Positions 55,791 through 64,000 of a stretch of 64,000 nt of DNA are shown here, piece by piece. How positions within the stretch are numbered: the stretch's first letter is position 1; each line of letters begins with the position of its first letter. The translations under genes and the position numbers were made by a program. The notes beneath the pieces are model-generated. The model saw only the letters and a list, made by a program, of their open reading frames with translations, ran no database searches and was not told where the DNA came from. The stretch is from Octopus vulgaris. Taxonomy: Eukaryota. The stretch spans positions 80,600,001-80,664,000 of the forward strand of contig OX597816.1 in assembly GCA_951406725.2 (NCBI GenBank), given 5' to 3'.

Positions 55791-57662
55791 GGTGGTAAAA
55801 GTAGGTCTGAAGCATTGTATTTTCAGAATCGAATAGCTACATAGATTGTTTAACTTAAGGTAAGGCAAACACTCTCAGTCGTGTAAATCGATGGTTGTCG
55901 GAAAGTTTTCCAATAGAGTTTCATGGGATGAAACTTACAGCTTTTAAGTTAATAGCATGATAAACTGCTGCAGAAAAAATGAATGTCAGTAAGAACAATA
56001 GTGGTGCATGTTCTGGATACCCTTCTAATACAAACTCTTTACTTTCTTCTGTTTGATTAACAACGGAATTCTAAATCCAATGTTTATTTTATATAGTAAT
56101 ATTGTTTGTTAGAACTCCCAGATTACTATTTAGCAGAATTACTTTGAGAAATTGAAAAAAAATGAAAAACGTTTTTTCTATATATACACATAAGATTTTC
56201 TTTCCTAGATATCTAGATATCCCGAGAGGTAACTGAATTGCAGACTGAGAGTTCAACAGTTCGTAGTACACCATCACTATCACCACAGTGTTTTTATGAT
56301 CAACGCATTGACTGTCGCCCGCTAGGTTGAAGAAATTACTTATAAAATAAGGGCCAAGAAGTGACAGACGGAACCGTAGTTTCACATGCTACAATCAAGA
56401 TAACTGACTAGCTTTGAACGTTTAACAAACAAAATATAAAATGAACAGCATGAATTGACAAAACACATATTATAAAGAAAGTTATAAAAACATGAACGAG
56501 CATTTATTTAGCTGTCAGTGCTGATCTTTGTCTAAGTATAACTTCGGAGAGAACGGATCCTGTTTCACTAGACAGACCCATCTGACATTGATAATACGAA
56601 CATCATTGTCGTTGTTGCTATCGGACATATCTGACTATATCAATCTATAATAAAAGGCATTCCAGCTGTAGCTAAGCCTTATTTTTCCAGAAATAATATA
56701 TCTAGAATTACATAATCCTATTGTACTTTATTTCTAATAAAAGAAGTAATGCTGACTGGCTATTACTGTTGTTGTTGCTGTTATGGCCTAGCTATTTCGT
56801 TTCTATCAGGTCAAGCGACTGGATACAGACTACTTCATTGGTTTGTAATAGGATGATTATATATGCAGCGAGAGTTCTACACACCCAACGCGTTTCAGTG
56901 TATGAGGTCTTCATGGAAATAGTGTAAATAATTTTAAGAAAAGCGACACAAGTTTTTGTTTGTATGCAACAAAACTATCGAAAGTATATTTTTTTGTAAG
57001 TTTCCCCTTTTTATAGACTGAAAAAAAAATAAATAAAAACTGTAGAAAAAAAAAGAACACGGCAAAAACACGACGTTGATTTCAATCAGTTATTTTTTAC
57101 CTTCTTAAAAAGCAAGCAGACCGAATTTGTATTTGTTAATAGACTTTTTGATAAGCTTTACAGAAACAAGTTGATTTTTAGGCAGTTTGCCAGTGATTGC
57201 TTATTATTTGCATTTACAAACATTAGTTATTGATACCATGATGATGATGATGATGATGATGACGACGACGTCTACCATTATTCTTATTTTGGTGTTGTTG
57301 TTGTTGTTATTCTGTTTTCAACGGCTTCATACTAGTTTCTGCAGTGCCACCATGGATGGTGGGTGGAGAACTGTATTTGTTTGGAGCATCTGTTTTGATT
57401 TGTTGCGGTGTTTCTTTTGCTATTTCCGGTGTTACATTAGTGTTTCTTATGTTTGTAGCGTACAATACATCAATAATGGGTTATTTTTTTAAAAAATTAA
57501 GTGCGAATTATGATTTGTTCGTTAAACGAGTTGGATTATGATTAGTGCTTTTGTATCTTATTATGATTACTATTATGATATGACGAGTACAGCATTAACA
57601 GTTAAAAGGATTACAATAATCTATACCAATACTAAGAAAGTAATTAGTAAGAATGTACTCAC

Positions 57663-57743
57663 CCAATGACTGTTCCATCGATTTGTAACAAAAGCTGGTC
57701 CTAATGATCGTGCTGGGTTTAACGAAGAACTTGTATATCGATA
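57663..57743 (-). CDS. bib: Internal coding exon (81 nt, phase 0/0) of an aquaporin/MIP channel, Big brain-like; second NPA box
   Basis: Acceptor gtcttttacAG and donor GTgagta. Translates YRYTSSSLNPARSLGPAFVTNRWNSHW, close to Drosophila Bib LNPARSLGPSFVLNKWDSHW as recalled. The aquaporin call is firm; bib orthology is less so. Not in the ORF track in this frame. Confidence 0.88.
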
Positions 57744-57841
57744 CTGTAAAAGACATTAAAGTAATAAGATTTACAAAACGATGGTAACCAATACACTTGG
57801 AGAAGCATGAAATGTATGCATACACATGTACACCGTATATA

Positions 57842-57884
<43 letters not shown>

Positions 57885-58481
57885 TTATCACTCACACACA
57901 CACACACACATACACACTGATGCTTAGATCTGCAAGTGTTCATTTGTATTTAAGTATGTGTAATGAGAAGAGAACAATGATAAGGTGATAAAAGCCATAA
58001 ATGAAAGCGAATTCGTCACGGAAATACAATTTCCTATTGTAACTGTTTTACAGAAATACATAAAATTATGCCTTCAACCGCGACCATCAAAATGAAGAAG
58101 ATGTATCAACCAAGATGGACACATTCGATAATAATCTTTCAGAGCATGAGCCGAAGGAGTTTCAACATTAAAGGCAGAACCTATCGGATAATGTAGTTCT
58201 CAAAATAGTCACACACTCTCTGAAAATTAGATTAGGTAGTCAAAGTTGGAATCAGAGCCGGGCCGATCTGGGACTAAATATTAACAACAAAGGGAAACAA
58301 TCTATACCAGACGCAAATCGTTTTCAACAACTAATATAAATATACGGTGAAATAAGTACTCATATGCATAATGAGGCCAGTACGATAACCTTAATTAATG
58401 GATCTATACTCTTATCAAGGGAAGATAAACATTATTAAACAATGCTTAACGAAACCAAACATACTTTTATAAAAGCGATAT

Positions 58482-58523
<42 letters not shown>

Positions 58524-59168
58524 CATGCTGTAGTAGAATGATATCGGTTGATTTGTTTGGCATAATCACAATCTTTTGGACTATTGATTTCAAATGCTGG
58601 GTAATGGAATTTGTGAATTTCTTGTCTTTCCTAAGAGCATTAGCGAACAAGTATGTGCTTGTGTATATATGTGAGTATCTCTGTGTGCTAGTGTGTATAC
58701 AGAAAGACAGACAGGGAAATAGATAGAAACAATGAAACTATCGCAAACATTCTCAACAAAAACAATATAGATATGACAAGTATAACAAAGATATTACAAT
58801 GGCGTTAATGTCATTATTGTATTGGCCTAATCGGTAGAGCGTCAAATCCTTTGCGGCCATTAATTGCTTCGTTCTGAGTTCAAATATTGCCTCCATCGAC
58901 TTGGTTATTCATCCTTCTTGAAGGTAGATAAAATAGATTATCAATGACATACTCGAGTAGATTCAACCGATTGTAATCCCTCCCCTTTGTATGGCCGCCA
59001 TCCGATCGCCATGTTGTAATTGCAAACATAGAAGAACTTTGAAGTGCAAAATGGGGAGAACATTTTGAAAAATACCGAATGATATTTATTTATAACACTA
59101 TACGTTGCGCGTTCAAATCCCAATAAGAATTATTTTAGCTCTCATTCTTCCAACGATAATTGTGACCT

Positions 59169-59225
<57 letters not shown>

Positions 59226-59397
59226 GTATTGTAGTACCTCAGTTTTCGAACTACTGATCACGAATAGACTGTGCTTTATCTCCTGTCTTTCTCATGTTCA
59301 TATAATACATTAGTAACTCGGTTTACGAACGACTCTGATCACGAATAAATCGTGCTTTATATATATATATCAATATTATATATATATATATGTATGT

Positions 59398-59801
59398 ATA
59401 CTCTTTTACTTGTTTCTTGTTTCAATCATTTGACTGCGGCCATGCTGGAGCACCGCCTTTAGTCGAGCAAATCGACCCCGGGACTTATCCTTTGTAAGCC
59501 CAGTAGTTATTCTATCGGTCTCTTTTGCCGAATCGCTAATTGACGGGGACATAAACACACCAGCATCGGTTGTCAAGCAATGCTAGGGGACAAACACAGC
59601 CACACAAACACACATATATATATATATATACATATACACGACGGGCTTCTTTCAGTTTCCGTCTACCAAATCCACTCACAAGACTTTGGTCGGCCCGAGG
59701 CTATAGTAGAAGACACTTGCCCAAGGTGCCACGCAGTGGGACTGAACTCGGAACCATGTGGTTGGTAAGCAAGCTACTTGCCACACAGCCACTCCTGCGC
59801 C
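59398..59801 (-). mobile_element. SINE family B, full length
   Basis: Near-identical to 25557-25942. Confidence 0.9.
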
Positions 59802-60857
59802 CGTATATATTATATATTAGGGAAACAACTTTTTAATTTTTTCCTCGAAATCAATTTCCTGTATCATATTTAGATGAACTTTTATGCATAAGTAAGTGAA
59901 GTGAACTCACGTTTCAGTAATCTTTAAAAAAGTTTACCTATGAATCCATGTTTGTATTGTTATGTAAAACTTGTTTGAATATGAGCAAGATTGTATAGAA
60001 CTCTTGGCTTTCAATAAATTCTGAGCATTTATAAGACTTCAGATATAGATATAAAGATTGTATTGCTGAGTCATCATGCTTAGTAATAAGGCAAATAATA
60101 ATTAAGTTTTTCTTTCACTTTCACCCTTGTTGTTTCGGTTTCAGTGTAAGTTCTGCATGACTGCTAGCGGTATGCGATTCAAGAAAAGCTTCGAAGATGA
60201 CAGAGTTGATTAAAATGATAGTGATAGTGATGAGACTTATTCCTCCACAAGAAGGCACAACAAATCTGCAATTGGTAGGAGACTTGTAACTGGAGCAAAC
60301 GTCTCTACCAACAAAGCTGCGAAAATCTGCAAACAGTTGTCAGAGGAGGGCATTGACAAGTAATACAAAGAATACAAAGAACGACCCTTCATCAGTTGTC
60401 GGCTGCCTTTCTACATAAAATTCGAGTGCGCAGTTATTCTTTCTGTACCAATATAATAGAGGTGGAGAGTGAAATGATGAAGTCCTTCTTCCCTTAGATT
60501 CAAACTTTATAGCTATATGCACGAGTAGAAATAGTTATAATTGAAACATACATCACAATTCTGCCCACATGCTGATGCTATTGTTTTGCCCCCTTCCATC
60601 CATGACCACACTATCTCTTTGAAAATTATCTATCACGTTGTCCAACGCGTTATGTCTTTAAGATGACTAATGTATGATTTGAAGGGAAATAGGTTGCTAG
60701 CTCTTGCAGATCAAACAACCATGTTGAAACCTTCGAGTTGATTTCTTCATATATATACGAGGTAGTTTACTGAAACCTGAGAAACGAGAATATCGGTCAA
60801 AATAATTTTGATATTTCTCAGAGATAAACACCTAAAAATATTATGCGACATCCCTTC

Positions 60858-61072
60858 AAGCGGCGAGCTGGCAAGAAGCATTACCGCACGGGGCAAAATG
60901 ATCAACGGCATTTCGCTGGCTTTACGTTCCGAGTTCAAATTCCGCTAAGGTCGACTTTAGCTTTCATCCTTTTGGGATCGATAAAATTAGAAGCATTCAA
61001 GTACTGGGTTCTATGTAATTGATTCACACCTTCCTACGAAATTGCTGGCATTGTTCCAAAATTTGAAACCAA
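60858..61072 (+). mobile_element. SINE family A, diverged
   Basis: ggcgagctggcaag...gagttcaaattccgct..gtcgacttt..tttcatccttttgggatcgataaa. Confidence 0.8.
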
Positions 61073-63049
61073 TAATCAGTAAAAACAAAGCGTAGTAGGG
61101 AGAGAAACAAATCGCTTAGTAGGATAATTTGCACGTTAAATTCAAATCTTGATGCAACCGGTTTTCCTTTCGCGTGTGAAAGCTGTGTTTTGTGTCAGTC
61201 CTCGAAATTAAGTTTTGATTTCAACATAGCAAATATCATAAAGAATAAGCACTTGTATAGGGATTACAAATGTAATAAATCTACAAAAATATTTAAATCG
61301 ATTAAAATTGCCCCCTTAAAGACAAGAAAAACAATTTCATATTCACTCTTGAGAAAGATAAACTTCACAATTTGAATTCATGAAGATTGAATGGGAGAAC
61401 AGGTAAAATATTTGGTAAGAATGATGATGGTTCTGAGATTTTTCGTCCTATCAGTCATCATCAGCGAAACATACTACAGTCATACATATCACAACTTAGC
61501 AAGACTGAGAAAATGTATAATAGTTTTGCAAATTAAGCATTCAGGGATGATGAGGGGGAAACAATTGTAAATTTTGCATCAGAATATATACTTGAACCGA
61601 AACTCAAAACAATCGCGTGAGCCAAAATGATTTAATGACAGGTAATCATTCACGAAATGAAAACAAACATTATCATTAAAGATAATGTTTGTGAAAGGCA
61701 AGGGAGAAAACTACAAGATTTAAATTTATTAAAACCTGCATGACAACAGGCTGAGTGAGTGAGTCAAGACACGATGTGACAAAACTTTAATCGGCGTTAA
61801 AAATAAATCCAACTCCTTTATATTTACAGTAACCACTTCTTTATTTTAATCCATTTTAATCCCGAGTGCAAAGAAACCGATACTATTTTTTTATCTATCA
61901 ACATTTAAATCATGATAACAGTTTAGTCAGAGAAAAGGCCTTGTTGAGTCGATATCACAATTCGACTTTTGCTTACTGTTAACGTATGAAGACTTCCTTT
62001 ACTATGCTAGTGCTTCTGGAAAGCATATGGACATTATTATGATATCCAGCTTCACAGCTTCCTCTAAGATGTACGACATTTCTAATTAGCCAGAGAAAAG
62101 GTAATATTTTACCACCAACGATGTCTTGTTAGTGGACACAGCGTTAGAATGTCAGGAGGTCTCAGAACACGGTGGGAATATACGAACCAACGGATTCGCA
62201 GCTGTTTATCCAGTATGCAGCCATCTTGATAGTTCGCCATTATCACTTCCGAGATTTCATAGCAAAGACTCACTTAAATTACTTCTAATAAATGTCTTCC
62301 GTCTGTTAAGTTTCCACAGTTTATCCAAAATAACAAATATCAATGTAAGAGAGAAAAAGTATATTTTACTCATATTTTTACTTTCCTATTCGGATCAAGA
62401 TTATTATTCAATTACAGTTTTGGTTTTAGTCCTAGAATAATAAAACTTCCTAATCATAGAGTAATGTTGTACTGGTATCATGTCATATGGACAATGTGCA
62501 AAGACACAAACACACACACACACAAATGAATATATCAAACGACTGCTCACACTATTTTTCTCTGTCATTCTTTCGGTGCAGTACCTGTCTCTCACAACAT
62601 TCACTACCTCCCAGTTTCGTTGTCCTTCTTCCATCAGTATGTAATTTAGCACACACACACACACATAAAACATTTATGTACACACACACACACATACAAG
62701 TCTGAATATATGCGAAGATTGTGTGTGTGTATGTGTGTGTGTGCGTGCGTGCGTTTGTGTATATGGGTGAGATAGTTCGTATGTAAGAGCACGTGGTTGA
62801 ATGTATAAAAACCTTATAAGATGCTCGGGCTGCCACCAAAACAACATGAGGGGGGCAGGGGATTATCACTCGGACACAGATGCAGTCTACATCGATAGCA
62901 GACTGCATTCCCAGAATACAGAATGATACCCTTTAGTGAACACATTGAGAGATGCGCAAAGCAAATGCTACCACAATTTGTTTATCTTTCTATTTTATCA
63001 ATGTGACATTGGAACACCAACACAACTTAGATTAGATAAGGAAACCTAC

Positions 63050-63127
<78 letters not shown>

Positions 63128-63311
63128 AATAACTTATAAAATAAGGGCAAAAGAAAATTTATAATGCCAAATATGCCGAAAATAGACAAATTATCGATAA
63201 CCATTATAATTTATGCGTCTCGAAACAAGCCGATTGAAATTTCTAAAAAATTCCGTTATTACCGTATTGGTCCCAATTTCAGATTTAATTAATAAGAATT
63301 TTCTCCTCCTC

Positions 63312-63358
<47 letters not shown>

Positions 63359-64000
63359 GCACTTATGGATACTTACATACAAACATGCATGTATATATGA
63401 AGTTGTAATATTTTAATTAATTCACACAGCTGCCAGCAAGTGGATAATGATCACCCAGTCTACCTTGTCCCATTTAATACTGCGTGTATGACTTTCCGAT
63501 TAATACCATAACTTTGCATTTATTCAGGTTTAAATATCAACTTCATGCCAATAAAATTATTTTCATTGTATTCTAAGTTTCTTTTTCGACATGAGTCTCA
63601 CCAGTTTCAGGAAGCTTATAATCTAATGTTTTCTTGCCTTTACAATCCTGTCATCATTATCAAATAATATATCAAGGACTACGTTGTCGATTTCTTCTTT
63701 CTTTTGTTTAGACGCTAGAATTAGACCTCGGGATACTATTTCCAACAGGTCGAGCGCCAGCATAGTGTCTGGTTTGTTTGTTTATTCAGTATGAAGAAGG
63801 ACAGGATGATGAATGGCGTAAAGTGCTCAAGTGGAGCATTTGATCAAATGCCTTATTTAGTTATATTTTTGTACGTTCTGAGTTCAAAACTTGAGTGGCT
63901 GAAACAGTAGTTACAGTCAAGTAGTATTTTTAGATTTCATTGATGTGGCAACCTACTGAAAATGTGTAGTCATATTCTAAAATAAGAAACGAATCCAAAG

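Noticed and set aside
55860-56330. VYYELL mariner-like motif
   Set aside because: A single short motif; insufficient.
57780-57800. VYWLP resembling the next aquaporin exon
   Set aside because: It lies upstream of the NPA exon, lacks GP and TM6, and has no in-phase acceptor.
58053-58172. Possible plus-strand terminal exon after ttttacag
   Set aside because: The most protein-like frame is preceded by a stop and has no recognisable homology.
61430-61470. CTGATGA...GAAA on the minus strand
   Set aside because: No stem II or stem III pairing; a chance match.

Overview
AT-rich, microsatellite-saturated eukaryotic DNA; it is not prokaryotic, and most track ORFs are translated microsatellites. The SINE families and repeat content suggest an octopus genome (inference). 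The only convincing host-gene piece is one 81-nt minus-strand exon (57663-57743) encoding the second NPA box of a Big-brain-like aquaporin. The rest is mostly repeats and low-complexity DNA: two tRNA-derived SINE families in many copies, decayed non-LTR retrotransposons (R4/Dong-like with RT plus restriction-like endonuclease, CRE-like, RTE-like, CR1/L2-like), a Penelope-like GIY-YIG element and palindromic MITEs. The most striking unexplained signal is a set of seven hammerhead-ribozyme-like motifs. Most lie in short non-coding elements next to microsatellites. Some are minimal, apparently dimer-dependent forms with a variant core; others carry large structured insertions in stem II. All family assignments were made by eye from remembered motifs, with no database searches, and element boundaries are approximate.
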